A DNA stretch of 64,000 nucleotides from Actinomycetes bacterium (GCA_037142475.1 JBAXAR010000001.1:4059-68058), one strand, 5' to 3'; counted from the stretch's first letter, positions 30,066 to 38,823 are shown. The notes: generated by a model from the letters alone, not told the origin. Numbers and translations are program-made.

Positions 30066-30372
30066 CGGTACCGTGACGCTGTTCTTCGTTAATCGACAGT
30101 GCCACACGCTCAATGAGCGCTTCGGGTACTCGATCGCGGCATCGATCAGCGATCACATGGCGCAACTCGGCCTCGAAGTGAGCTGCCGCGCCACAGGGCG
30201 AGCAGTCATCGAGGTGTCGGGAAATCTGGGAGCGGCGCTCTTCGGTGAGTTCGCCGTCGAGGTAGTGATACAGCTGGTGGACGGCCTCATCGCACTCGAT
30301 GCTCAAGGGCCCGTTTCCGGCCTCCGACCCAACCGGTTGATTGATCGCCTGCTCGTTCATGATCTCGTCCAT
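30058..30372 (-). CDS. rsrA: zinc-binding (ZAS) anti-sigma factor, RsrA/RshA-like
   Basis: HLDDCSPC (HxxxCxxC) plus an upstream Cys. ATG 30372 follows a GGAGAG SD. It lies directly after the ECF sigma gene. Confidence 0.8.
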   Translation of the reverse strand: MDEIMNEQAINQPVGSEAGNGPLSIECDEAVHQLYHYLDGELTEERRSQISRHLDDCSPCGAAAHFEAELRHVIADRCRDRVPEALIERVALSINEEQRHGTDG

Positions 30373-30427
30373 GGGCTGCTCTCCGTCTGTGCGTGGGCGG
30401 CGAGCCACATGCATCGAGTCGTGTTCT

Positions 30428-30997
30428 TCATGGTTGCGCCACCGGCACGATCCCGCGTGCCTCTGCAAGAGGAAGCAACGCCTTTTGAAGGGCTCTTCTT
30501 CCCCGATGAATACGACTCATCACCGTCCCGATGGGAACCTGAGTGATCTCGGCGATCTCGGCGTAACTAAATCCTTCGACATCGGCCAGCACGACAGCGA
30601 TGCGGAAGGCCTCGGGGAGCGCTTCGAGTGCAGCCTTCAGGCCGCTGTCGGTAATCCCGGCCAAGGCCTCATCCTCCGCGCTCCGCCCGAGAGTGCCATC
30701 GGTGTCGACCAGCCGCTTGTAGAGGTAGAGATCCTCGACGTCTTCAACGTCAGTGATCTCGGGCCGACGTTGTCGAGCCCGATAGGTGTTGATATAGGTG
30801 TTGGTCAGGATCCGATAGAGCCACGCCCGAAGGTTGGTTCCCTCCTCAAAGCCCCCGAAGGCTCGATACGCCTTGAGGAATGTCTCTTGGACAAGATCCT
30901 CGGCGTCAGCCTGATTCCTCGTCATGCGCAGTGCAGCCGAATAGAGGCCCTCCATGTGGACCATGGCTTGCCTCTGAAAATCAGCCTGGTCTGCCAC
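30428..30997 (-). CDS. sigH: ECF sigma factor SigH/SigR
   Basis: [22 protein letters not shown]...[20 protein letters not shown]...DVEGFSY.EIAEI...[14 protein letters not shown] closely follows M. tuberculosis SigH. Confidence 0.9.
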   Translation of the reverse strand: MADQADFQRQAMVHMEGLYSAALRMTRNQADAEDLVQETFLKAYRAFGGFEEGTNLRAWLYRILTNTYINTYRARQRRPEITDVEDVEDLYLYKRLVDTDGTLGRSAEDEALAGITDSGLKAALEALPEAFRIAVVLADVEGFSYAEIAEITQVPIGTVMSRIHRGRRALQKALLPLAEARGIVPVAQP

Positions 30998-31041
30998 GTC
31001 TCCAACCTAGGCCTCTGTTTCTAGGACTGCCGAAGGACATC

Positions 31042-31407
31042 TCAAGAGTCAGCGTGATCCTCATCGATCATGGCGCTGGCCATCAGGTCCGAGAGCTCGA
31101 CCCACTCGAGTGCTTCCAGCGGCGTCGACGCCAAGAGGACTGGCGGCGCCACTCCGGCATGCCTGGCTTCGCTCCAGCGGGCGGCCCCCATGCACCACAC
31201 ATCTCCCGCACGGAGACCAGGCCCTCTCACCTCAGGAGCCGGCTTCCTCAGGTCAATGCCTCGAGCGACGTAGTAGCGGAGGAATTCATCGGTGACCACC
31301 ACACAGATTGTCGGGGCACCCCAGATGCTCCAGTGCTCGCGACCGCACCCCGTGTTCTTCTCACACGAGCACGCCTGAAGCTCACCGTTGAGGACGTTGC
31401 GGGACAC
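31042..31407 (-). CDS. DUF2237-family protein
   Basis: NVLNGELQACS...TGC...ICVVVTDEFL...GLRAGDVWCMGAARWSEA..AGVAPPVLL.ST follows the DUF2237 pattern as I recall it. Start tentative at GTG 31407; the longer track ORF would run over the P450 start. Confidence 0.5.
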   Translation of the reverse strand: MSRNVLNGELQACSCEKNTGCGREHWSIWGAPTICVVVTDEFLRYYVARGIDLRKPAPEVRGPGLRAGDVWCMGAARWSEARHAGVAPPVLLASTPLEALEWVELSDLMASAMIDEDHADS

Positions 31408-31473
31408 CTTTGCTATTCCACCACCCTGTGCGGCTAGTTTCCACGCGGGAGTCAAAAACCTCGAGGGGGAGCA

Positions 31474-32685
31474 ATGAGCGACAGCCAACCTTGGATTGAT
31501 CTCATCGACGGTGGGTTCTACGGACGCAACCCGTACCCCGCCTTCGAGTGGATGCGTGCGAACCAACCGGTCTTCTACGACGAGGCCAACAAGGTCTGGG
31601 GCATCACCAAACACCGCGATATCAAGGATGCCTCAAAGGACCCGGAGACCTTCTCGAACGCTGGAGGAATCCGGCCAGGCATGGGGCCGTTACCGATGAT
31701 GATTGACATGGATGCCCCGATGCACCACGAGCGGCGTCGACTGGTCTCGGCGGGATTCACGCCAGTGCGGGTGCGGGCGATGGAAGCTGAACTGGGTCGA
31801 ATCTGTGACGCCATCATCGACCAGGTCATCGAGCAGGGCGAGTGCGACTTCGTGGCCGACATCGCTGCTCCCCTTCCCCTTATCGTCATCGGCAACATGC
31901 TGGGTGTGCTGCCCGAGGATCGCAGTGACCTGCTCCGATGGAGCGACGACATGATGAAAGGTCAGGGCACTGAGGACCTCGTCATGCTCGAGAACATGAT
32001 TACCGCTTTCTCTGAGTACACGACGTACATCTCTGGCGTCATCGAGGACCGTCGCCGCACGGGGAAGGACGATGACCTGATCGGTATCCTGACCCACGCC
32101 GGCGACACCGGTGGCGACAGCCTCGACGATGACTCCCTGATCCACGAAACCCTCCTGATCGTGATCGGGGGTGACGAGACCACCCGTCACGTCATCTCCG
32201 GCGGCGTCGAGGCACTCATGGCGAATCCCGAGCAGATGGCCACCCTCAGGGCTGACCGGTCAGGCCTCAATCTGGCCATTGAAGAGATGCTCCGGTGGGT
32301 GACCCCGATCAAGAACATGGCGCGCACCACGACCCGCGACGTCGAGATCAGAGGGGTCACGATCCCCGAGGGCGACGAACTGCTCCTGCTGTACCCCTCC
32401 GCGAATCGAGACGAGGAAGTCTTTAGCGACCCCCACAGCTTCGACATCGCCCGGACACCCAACGACCACGTGGCCTTCGGCTTCGGAGCCCACTTCTGCC
32501 TTGGGAATCAACTGGCCCGGCTCGAGATGCGCACCATGGTCGATCGTCTGCTCGAGCGGATGCCAGACCTGACCAGAGCCAGTGACGAGCCCCTTGCGCA
32601 CCGTGATGCAAACTTCGTGAGTGGCATCGAGTCGATGCCCGTCACCTTCACCCCAGGCGCCAAAGTCGGCGCCGGACCTGCCTAG
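31474..32685 (+). CDS. cytochrome P450, CYP142-like (steroid C26-monooxygenase family)
   Basis: Heme loop FGFGAHFCLGNQLARLE and I-helix IGGDETTRH. Long stretches (WMRANQPVF, FSNAGGIRP..LPMMIDMD, GECDFV.D.AAPLP, RWSDD, FVSGIESMPV.FTP) match my memory of M. tuberculosis CYP142. Confidence 0.85.
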   Translation: MSDSQPWIDLIDGGFYGRNPYPAFEWMRANQPVFYDEANKVWGITKHRDIKDASKDPETFSNAGGIRPGMGPLPMMIDMDAPMHHERRRLVSAGFTPVRVRAMEAELGRICDAIIDQVIEQGECDFVADIAAPLPLIVIGNMLGVLPEDRSDLLRWSDDMMKGQGTEDLVMLENMITAFSEYTTYISGVIEDRRRTGKDDDLIGILTHAGDTGGDSLDDDSLIHETLLIVIGGDETTRHVISGGVEALMANPEQMATLRADRSGLNLAIEEMLRWVTPIKNMARTTTRDVEIRGVTIPEGDELLLLYPSANRDEEVFSDPHSFDIARTPNDHVAFGFGAHFCLGNQLARLEMRTMVDRLLERMPDLTRASDEPLAHRDANFVSGIESMPVTFTPGAKVGAGPA

Positions 32686-32694
32686 GAGGGCACC

Positions 32695-33492
32695 ATGACT
32701 CTTTCGTCATTCACTTCTAAAAACGTGCTCGTGACCGGTGGAGGATCGGGGATTGGGTTGGCCACTGCCACTCGCTTCGCCTCGCTGGGTGCAGCAGTGA
32801 CCATCTGCGGCAGAACTGCGGAGAAGCTCCAGACCGCCGTGGCGCAGATCGAGGCGGCGGTCCCCCGGGCCACGGTCCGTCACATCGTTGCCGACGTGAC
32901 CATCGAGGAGCAGATCGCAGCGGCCGTTGACGTGGCGGAAGCCGTCACCGGCACTCTCGACGTCGTCTTCGCCTGTGCCGGTGGCTCACATCACATGGGG
33001 TCCATCGTCGACGCTGACGCGGCCGGCGTTCGGGCAACAGTCGATCTCAACCTCGTGGGCTCCTTCCTGTCGGTCAAGCACGCGGCCCGAGTCATGATCC
33101 CCAAGGCGGCGGGGTCCATTGTCCTGATGAGTTCCGGCGCTGGACACTTTCCCCACCGGTGGCTCTGGGCCTACGGCATGTCGAAAGCTGGCATTGAGTC
33201 GCTGTGTGACTACGCAGCCGAGGAACTCGGCGAGCACGGGATCCGGGTCAACGTCGTCCAGCCGGGGATCATCGACGACGAACTGATGTCGTTTATCACC
33301 GCTGGCGGAGCGCTCCTTGAGGACTACCTCGAGCAGATGCCACTCTCGCGAGTCGGGACCGTCGACGATGTCGCCGCAGCGGTGACCTTCCTCGCCAGTG
33401 ACGATGCCGCCTGGATCACCGGTGAACACCTCGGCGTCGACGGTGGTCACCACCTGCGCCGTGGCGCCGACTACTCGAAGCTCTTCGGATAA
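32695..33492 (+). CDS. short-chain dehydrogenase/reductase
   Basis: VTGGGSGIGLA (TGxxxGxG), the YGMSKAG catalytic YxxxK, and an AGGAGGG SD. Confidence 0.9.
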   Translation: MTLSSFTSKNVLVTGGGSGIGLATATRFASLGAAVTICGRTAEKLQTAVAQIEAAVPRATVRHIVADVTIEEQIAAAVDVAEAVTGTLDVVFACAGGSHHMGSIVDADAAGVRATVDLNLVGSFLSVKHAARVMIPKAAGSIVLMSSGAGHFPHRWLWAYGMSKAGIESLCDYAAEELGEHGIRVNVVQPGIIDDELMSFITAGGALLEDYLEQMPLSRVGTVDDVAAAVTFLASDDAAWITGEHLGVDGGHHLRRGADYSKLFG

Positions 33493-33553
33493 CCCTCAAG
33501 GGCCTCTCGAGTCGTCCCGCGTGGCCTCGCTTCGCCTCAGGAACGAGAGTCGC

Positions 33554-34411
33554 TCACGCCACACCGGCTGACCGGATCAGAGCCAACCGCCGATGGCGGC
33601 GGCGACTCAGCCCCGGCCCCGCGAGGCGCGCCACGAGGTAGAGGCCGAAGCTGATGCCAGTCACGAACACTGTCGGAGGGATCGTGGTGCCGCTGAGCGA
33701 CAACAGCAGACCACCATCGGTAGCCACCAGCGCCAGAATCACGGAGGTGATCGTCACTGTCAGGGGTGCCGTGGCGAGTCGCTGGGCCGCAGCCGCTGGC
33801 GTGATGGCGAGGGAAAGGACCAGCAGGGTCCCGACGACCTGGGCAGCCTCAGTGACCGTGATGGCCAACACCATGAGAAAGACCACGCCGAGCAGCCGAG
33901 TCGGGACACCACGTGCTGCTGCCAGCTCAGGATCGACCGAAGCGAACAGGAGCGGTCGGTAGATCACACCCATCACGAGGGTTACCCCCAGGGCGAGGCC
34001 CACCAGCAAGATCACCTGCGACGTCGAGATGCCAAAGATGTCGCCGAAGAGGATGTTGGTGGCCGCGGCAGCAAATCCGTTATAGCGACTGAGCAACAGC
34101 ACGCCAAGACCGAGGCCTGCCGCCAGGACGACCCCGATGGACGAATCACGCTCCCTTGGGCGATCACCCATCACGCCGAGGATCCCTGCCACCGCCACCG
34201 ACCCCACCAGTGCCCCGGCCACGGGGTTCGACGCCACCACGAGACCTGCCGCGGCGCCGGTGAACGACAGTTCCGCTGCGCCGTGGACGGCGAAGGCCAT
34301 CTGTCGCATCACCACGAATGGTCCAATCAACCCGCAGGTCACCGCAATGAGGGTTCCGGCGATGAGCGCGTGTTGCGCGAATGGCAGGGAGAGGTACTCG
34401 CTCAACCCCAT
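33554..34411 (-). CDS. znuB: metal (Zn/Mn) ABC transporter permease, ABC-3 family
   Basis: 285 aa, polytopic, with an ABC-3 (ZnuB/MntB)-like sequence. It is in an operon with the ATPase and the lipoprotein. Confidence 0.8.
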   Translation of the reverse strand: MGLSEYLSLPFAQHALIAGTLIAVTCGLIGPFVVMRQMAFAVHGAAELSFTGAAAGLVVASNPVAGALVGSVAVAGILGVMGDRPRERDSSIGVVLAAGLGLGVLLLSRYNGFAAAATNILFGDIFGISTSQVILLVGLALGVTLVMGVIYRPLLFASVDPELAAARGVPTRLLGVVFLMVLAITVTEAAQVVGTLLVLSLAITPAAAAQRLATAPLTVTITSVILALVATDGGLLLSLSGTTIPPTVFVTGISFGLYLVARLAGPGLSRRRHRRLALIRSAGVA

Positions 34412-35259
34412 GGTCGGCCCCCTCGCTCACCTTGATGGTCGTGGTCGTGGTCGTGATCGTGATGGTGATGGCCCAGAAGCCCACTTGCCGACTCATCACC
34501 TGCGACCACGAGCAGTCTCCCGCCGGCTTCGAGGACCTCGACCGGAGCCCCGTAGAGCGAGCTCAGGGTCTCCGTGGTGAGGACCTCCTCCGGTGCACCA
34601 ATGGCGGCTCGACCAGCGACGAGATAGACGATGCGGTCCACGATCGGGAGAATTGGGTTGACCTCATGAGTGACGAAGAGCACTGCGGTCTGCGTGGCCC
34701 GCCGGTGGGCGTCGATGATCGCCACCACCTCGGCCTGCCGCGCAGGGTCCAGCGCCAGGAGAGGCTCGTCGAGGAGAAGGAGCTCAGGGGTGCCGAGCAA
34801 TGCTTGAGCAATTCGCAAACGTTGCTGCTCCCCCCCGGAGAGCATCCCGATCGGCACATCAGCAAACTTCGTAGCACCAACTGCCGCGATCGCCGCGTCA
34901 ACCTCGCGGCGGACAGACGCCCTCGGCCACGGCAGACCAATCCGGTTTCCCGTGAGGCCAAGCTCGACGAGTTCGCGTCCACGCAACGGGAGATCACGAT
35001 CGAAGCCCCGGTGCTGGGGCACGTAGCCGACATGGCCCCTCGCCGCCCGGGGTGAGGAACCGAGGACCTCAACCACGCCGGACGAGGGTTCGAGGAGACC
35101 GAGAAGCACCCGGATCAAGGTCGTCTTTCCTGAGCCGTTCGGCCCGAGCACGGCAATGATCTCCCCACTCGAGACATCGAGGTCGAGATGGCGCAGCACG
35201 CGATGATCGTCGTAGCCCGCCACGAGATCGGCCAGATGCACCACGCCCGACGAGCTCAT
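34402..35259 (-). CDS. znuC: metal ABC transporter ATP-binding protein with a His/Asp-rich C-terminal tail
   Basis: Walker A GPNGSGKTT, signature LSGGEQQR, tail GHHHHDHDHDHDHQ. ATG 35259 overlaps the znuA stop (ATGA). Confidence 0.85.
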   Translation of the reverse strand: MSSSGVVHLADLVAGYDDHRVLRHLDLDVSSGEIIAVLGPNGSGKTTLIRVLLGLLEPSSGVVEVLGSSPRAARGHVGYVPQHRGFDRDLPLRGRELVELGLTGNRIGLPWPRASVRREVDAAIAAVGATKFADVPIGMLSGGEQQRLRIAQALLGTPELLLLDEPLLALDPARQAEVVAIIDAHRRATQTAVLFVTHEVNPILPIVDRIVYLVAGRAAIGAPEEVLTTETLSSLYGAPVEVLEAGGRLLVVAGDESASGLLGHHHHDHDHDHDHQGERGGRPWG

Positions 35260-36170
35260 GGTCCAACCCCCATGCTTCGAGAGAGCAAGGCGACCTGGCG
35301 ACGCTGCCACGCCGCAAAGCTGGTCCCCACCGGCTGATTCGTCTCGGTGACCTCAACGATCGGGACCGAACCACGACGAGCCTCGGCGATCGCTTGGGTC
35401 GTCGCCGCGCTTGTCGCTTGAATGTTCACTACCAGCGCATCGGCGTGGCCAGCACTGAGCAGGCGACTCATCGATGCTGCCGAAAGAGCGTCGGGCTCAC
35501 GGCCAGCTTCGACGGCTCGAGCGAATCCTTCGGGCGAGGACACACGAAGACCTGCCTCGGCGAGGAGATAGCCAGCAACTCGCTCGGTCTGGGCCACGGC
35601 TGACCCGCCACGCTCGCGTCTGATGTCGCCAAGAGCGGTCGTGATGGGCTCCAGAGAGTCGATGAAGTCAGCCAAGCGCTGACGGAACACATCGGTACCA
35701 GCAGGATCCTGCGCCTCAAGAGCTCGTTCGATGGCGTTCGCCACCTCGGGCACACGTCGAATCGAGTACCAGAGATGTGGATTGGCCGTCGTCGAGGTCA
35801 CCTGGAGCACCGCAGCGGCAGTGACCACCCGCCGAGAGCCAGCCGCCCCTGGAGCAAGCAGTTGCTCCATGAACGTGTCGTACCCGAGGCCGTTGTCAAT
35901 GACCAGGGCTGCGGTGGAGACTGCGGCCGCTTGAACCGCGGATGGCGTGAACTCGTGGGGATCGGTATTGGGGAGAGAGACCAGGGACGTCACCGCCACC
36001 CGATCGCCTCCGATGGCTTGGGCAACAGAGCCCCACGGACTCTCGGCCGCCACCACCTTGAGCCGGCCATCATTCGTCCGTCCGCTTGGAGGGGCCGTAC
36101 ATGCCGAAACGAGAAGGGAGGCCCCGAGAAGTGCAAAACAGGCGAGACGGGGGACAGTGCTGATCTTCAT
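35256..36170 (-). CDS. znuA: metal ABC transporter substrate-binding lipoprotein (ZnuA/TroA family)
   Basis: Signal peptide with the lipobox LLVSAC. ATG 36170 lies 10 nt after GGAGG. TroA-like sequence. Confidence 0.8.
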   Translation of the reverse strand: MKISTVPRLACFALLGASLLVSACTAPPSGRTNDGRLKVVAAESPWGSVAQAIGGDRVAVTSLVSLPNTDPHEFTPSAVQAAAVSTAALVIDNGLGYDTFMEQLLAPGAAGSRRVVTAAAVLQVTSTTANPHLWYSIRRVPEVANAIERALEAQDPAGTDVFRQRLADFIDSLEPITTALGDIRRERGGSAVAQTERVAGYLLAEAGLRVSSPEGFARAVEAGREPDALSAASMSRLLSAGHADALVVNIQATSAATTQAIAEARRGSVPIVEVTETNQPVGTSFAAWQRRQVALLSRSMGVGP

Positions 36171-36200
36171 CTGTCCTTCACCTCCCTCGAGCTGCTTCTC

Positions 36201-36218
36201 TGGAATCATTCCGATTCC
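36201..36218. promoter_or_regulatory. Zur/Fur-box-like palindrome in the znuA-zur divergent region
   Basis: TGGAATCATTCCGATTCC contains the perfect GGAAT-C-ATTCC and GGAATC-N5-GATTCC. It resembles the AAAAT-C-ATTTT core of actinobacterial Zur boxes and lies 31 nt upstream of the znuA ATG. Confidence 0.5.
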
Positions 36219-36291
36219 GATAAGCACCGTAGCGAAGAACGAGAACGGTTACAATCTAGGAGTGCCGTCCGCTCCCGAACAGCCAATCCGG

Positions 36292-36669
36292 ATGACTCGC
36301 CAGCGTCGGGCGGTTGAGGAAATTCTCTCGAGCGCGACTGGCTTCCAATCCGCTCAGGATCTGCACGCCACACTCCGATCCGATGGTCAGCGGGTCGGCC
36401 TCGCCACCGTCTACGCCCAACTGCGCCAGATGACCGACCGCGGCGAGGTCGACGTCATTCGAAATGACGCGGGCGAAGCGCTGTATCGACGGTGCGGTGC
36501 GGACGAACATCACCACCACCTCCGATGCCGATCCTGCGGGCGCGTCGAGGAACTCCACGCTCCTGCTGTCGAGCGATGGGCCAGCGAAGTCGCCGCCTCG
36601 AGCGGCTTCAGCGACCTCTCGCACTCACTTGAGGTCACTGGGCTCTGCCCTGGGTGTGTTGGTGCCTGA
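36292..36669 (+). CDS. zur: Fur-family metalloregulator (Zur-like)
   Basis: MTRQRRAVEEIL... winged helix, HHHHLRCRSCG and GLCPGC metal sites. It is divergent from znuABC. An alternative GTG start lies at 36262. Confidence 0.8.
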   Translation: MTRQRRAVEEILSSATGFQSAQDLHATLRSDGQRVGLATVYAQLRQMTDRGEVDVIRNDAGEALYRRCGADEHHHHLRCRSCGRVEELHAPAVERWASEVAASSGFSDLSHSLEVTGLCPGCVGA

Positions 36670-36670
36670 C

Positions 36671-37513
36671 ATGAGCGGAAGCAGCCTTGACGGCGAAGCC
36701 ACCATCATCGTGCTGGACCATCTCAATGGATCGGGTGCTCGAGGATTCGTGACCACTCGGCATGGCGGGGTCTCTGAAGGGCCCTATGCCTCGCTCAATC
36801 TTGGTCTCCACGTCGGTGATGACGACGAGGCCGTGATCGAGAATCGGCGACGGGTGGCCGCCTGCGCTGAGGTCGGACTCGATGACCTGGTGTTCATGGA
36901 TCAAGTTCACGGAACGCGTGTGGCCGTCGTGGGCGACGCTGAGCGCGGTCGAGGAGCGCAGGTGATCGAGCACGCACTCACCGGGACTGATGCAGTCGTC
37001 ACCACCACCGCAGAACTCCGCCTCTGCGTCATGGTTGCCGACTGTGCCCCGGTGGTCCTTGTCGACCAGGACGCCGGTGTGCTGGGGTTGGCTCACGCCG
37101 GCTGGAGAGGCCTGGTCGCAGGGGTGCTGCCTGCCACCGTGCGTGCCATGGTCGGTCTTGGGGCTCAGATCGAGCGACTGCGCTGCGTGATTGGTCCGTC
37201 GATCGATCTTGAGCGCTTCGAAGTCGGCGAGGACGTCGCTGAGCAATTCCGCACCTTGTTCGGGTCGAGCTCAAGTCGCATCATCCATGAACGCTCACCT
37301 CGGCCACACATCGATCTTTCGGAGGCGTGCGTCCTGAGCCTCGAGGCCGCCGGCGTTCGAGCGTCGGAGATCACCGCTTCGGCCGTCCGCACCGATGATG
37401 TGCGCCTCTTCTCGGACCGCAGCGCCCGACCCTGCGGCCGCTTTGGCGTGGTGGCATGGCTCGAGGGGCCCGAACCGGGTGATCGCCAGGCCGTAGCATC
37501 AGGAGACCCATGA
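36671..37513 (+). CDS. pgeF: PgeF/YfiH (DUF152) peptidoglycan editing factor / purine-nucleoside-phosphorylase-like
   Basis: TTRHGGVS.GPY.SLNL, DQVHG, MVADCAPV and AHAGWRG hallmark His/Cys/His residues. The ATG is 1 nt after the zur stop. Confidence 0.8.
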   Translation: MSGSSLDGEATIIVLDHLNGSGARGFVTTRHGGVSEGPYASLNLGLHVGDDDEAVIENRRRVAACAEVGLDDLVFMDQVHGTRVAVVGDAERGRGAQVIEHALTGTDAVVTTTAELRLCVMVADCAPVVLVDQDAGVLGLAHAGWRGLVAGVLPATVRAMVGLGAQIERLRCVIGPSIDLERFEVGEDVAEQFRTLFGSSSSRIIHERSPRPHIDLSEACVLSLEAAGVRASEITASAVRTDDVRLFSDRSARPCGRFGVVAWLEGPEPGDRQAVASGDP

Positions 37514-38823
37514 GCGATCCGAGCACCTTCACCTACGTCGGGTTCGAGATTGATGTCACGCACTGCTCCCTTCGGTGTCATTACGCGTGTGGTGGCGAGG
37601 ACTTCACCGAAACGGTCACCATCCCAGACGGTGATCTTTCTCAGCCGGGCGTCGAGGCCGCAGCGGTGCTGTACTTCCTCCTCGCCGGCGTCTCGTACCT
37701 GAAGACCAGAGCACCACTCGTGGTGGATCTCGGCTCTCTCCCTTCGACGCCGGCGGAGCGCTCGTTCCTCCGGACCTACCTCGTCGAAGGCCTCGGTGAG
37801 TTCGCCCTCAAGAACGATCTCGACCTCTCCGCCATGGAAATCTCAGGACCCGAAGGACTCCCGGCTCCGGAACCGACCACCTTGGGTACCGGATCAGTGC
37901 TCATCCCGTTCGGGGGCGGACTCGATTCGATCGTCACCGTCGCTGAACTTGCAGGCCAGGCCGAGAGGGCGGCGCTCTTCGTGGCCGAGCGGCCCGGAGC
38001 TCGATTCGCTGCCATTGAAGAGGCGGCGGCAGTCACTGGTCTCACCGTCATCAGGGCCGAGCGATCGCTCGACCCCAAGGTCCTTGAATCGGCCACACGG
38101 GGCTACCTCAACGGCCACGTTCCCGTCACCGGAGTTCTCTCGGCGCTCGCCGTCCTCACCGCAATGGCGTGTGGCTTCGAGGCCGTGGCGATGTCCAACG
38201 AGCGCTCCGCGTCCTCAGCCACCACGCAAGGGCCCAGCGGGCCCGTCAATCACCAGTGGTCGAAAGGAGCCGACTTCGAAGCTGGCTTCCGCACACTCGT
38301 TGCTGGCCGGATCCAAGGCCTCGAGTACTTCTCATGGCTCAGGGACCGCTCCGAGGTATCCATCGCCGAGGTCTTCGCCGGCCTTGATGAGTACCACCAT
38401 GTCTTCCGATCATGTAACCGAGCCTTCCATCAAGACCCGAACCGCCGTCTCGATGACTGGTGCGGCGTCTGCGACAAATGCCTCTTCATCGACCTCGTTC
38501 TCGCCCCTCACCTCACCCCTGAACAGCTCCGATCCATCTTCAGTGGCCGCGAGCCGCTCGAGAACCCTGATCTCAGCCAGCAACTCCGAGTTCTCGTTGG
38601 AGCCAGCGATGCTGCCCGACCCTTTGAATGCGTCGGTGATGAAGCAGAGTGCCGTGAGGCACTCCTGGCCGCAGCGAGTCGGCCTGATCGTTCCAGTGAC
38701 GGCCATCTCCAGGCTCTCGCTGAGGAAGTCCGACGCCTCCCTGAACTCAGTCTCGCCAACGGATCGCACCCTGACGTCACCTTTATTCCGGAGCGCTATG
38801 CGACACCCAATCGGCTGGACTGA
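37510..38823 (+). CDS. murL: PP-loop-like (adenine-nucleotide alpha-hydrolase fold) protein, MurL-like candidate UDP-MurNAc-L-Ala-L-Glu epimerase
   Basis: 437 aa. IPFGGGLDS resembles the SGGxDS PP-loop, and a CGVCDKC motif is present. Its start overlaps the pgeF stop (ATGA), and it is followed by and overlaps a MurD-like ligase, as in the MurD2/MurL pair. Confidence 0.5.
   Translation: MSDPSTFTYVGFEIDVTHCSLRCHYACGGEDFTETVTIPDGDLSQPGVEAAAVLYFLLAGVSYLKTRAPLVVDLGSLPSTPAERSFLRTYLVEGLGEFALKNDLDLSAMEISGPEGLPAPEPTTLGTGSVLIPFGGGLDSIVTVAELAGQAERAALFVAERPGARFAAIEEAAAVTGLTVIRAERSLDPKVLESATRGYLNGHVPVTGVLSALAVLTAMACGFEAVAMSNERSASSATTQGPSGPVNHQWSKGADFEAGFRTLVAGRIQGLEYFSWLRDRSEVSIAEVFAGLDEYHHVFRSCNRAFHQDPNRRLDDWCGVCDKCLFIDLVLAPHLTPEQLRSIFSGREPLENPDLSQQLRVLVGASDAARPFECVGDEAECREALLAAASRPDRSSDGHLQALAEEVRRLPELSLANGSHPDVTFIPERYATPNRLD

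Noticed and set aside
30998-31100. A SigH/SigR autoregulatory promoter (GGAAT-N18-GTT) upstream of sigH.
   Set aside because: There is no acceptable match in the 44-nt spacer or the adjacent DUF2237 3' end. sigH may be read through from upstream, or the promoter may differ from the consensus.
30880-31437. A 185-aa plus-strand ORF opposite the DUF2237 gene.
   Set aside because: Its translation is Arg/Pro-rich with no motif, whereas the minus-strand frame reproduces the DUF2237 pattern (NVL..L..CS, GD.WC..A.RW.EA..AG.APPV).
37796-38797. The N-terminal 334 codons of the 764-aa track ORF, which would give a giant MurD-like protein.
   Set aside because: This part overlaps the murL-like gene in another frame and translates to Ser/Pro/Arg-rich sequence. 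The Mur-ligase Rossmann motif begins only after ATG 38798, so the ligase is called from there.
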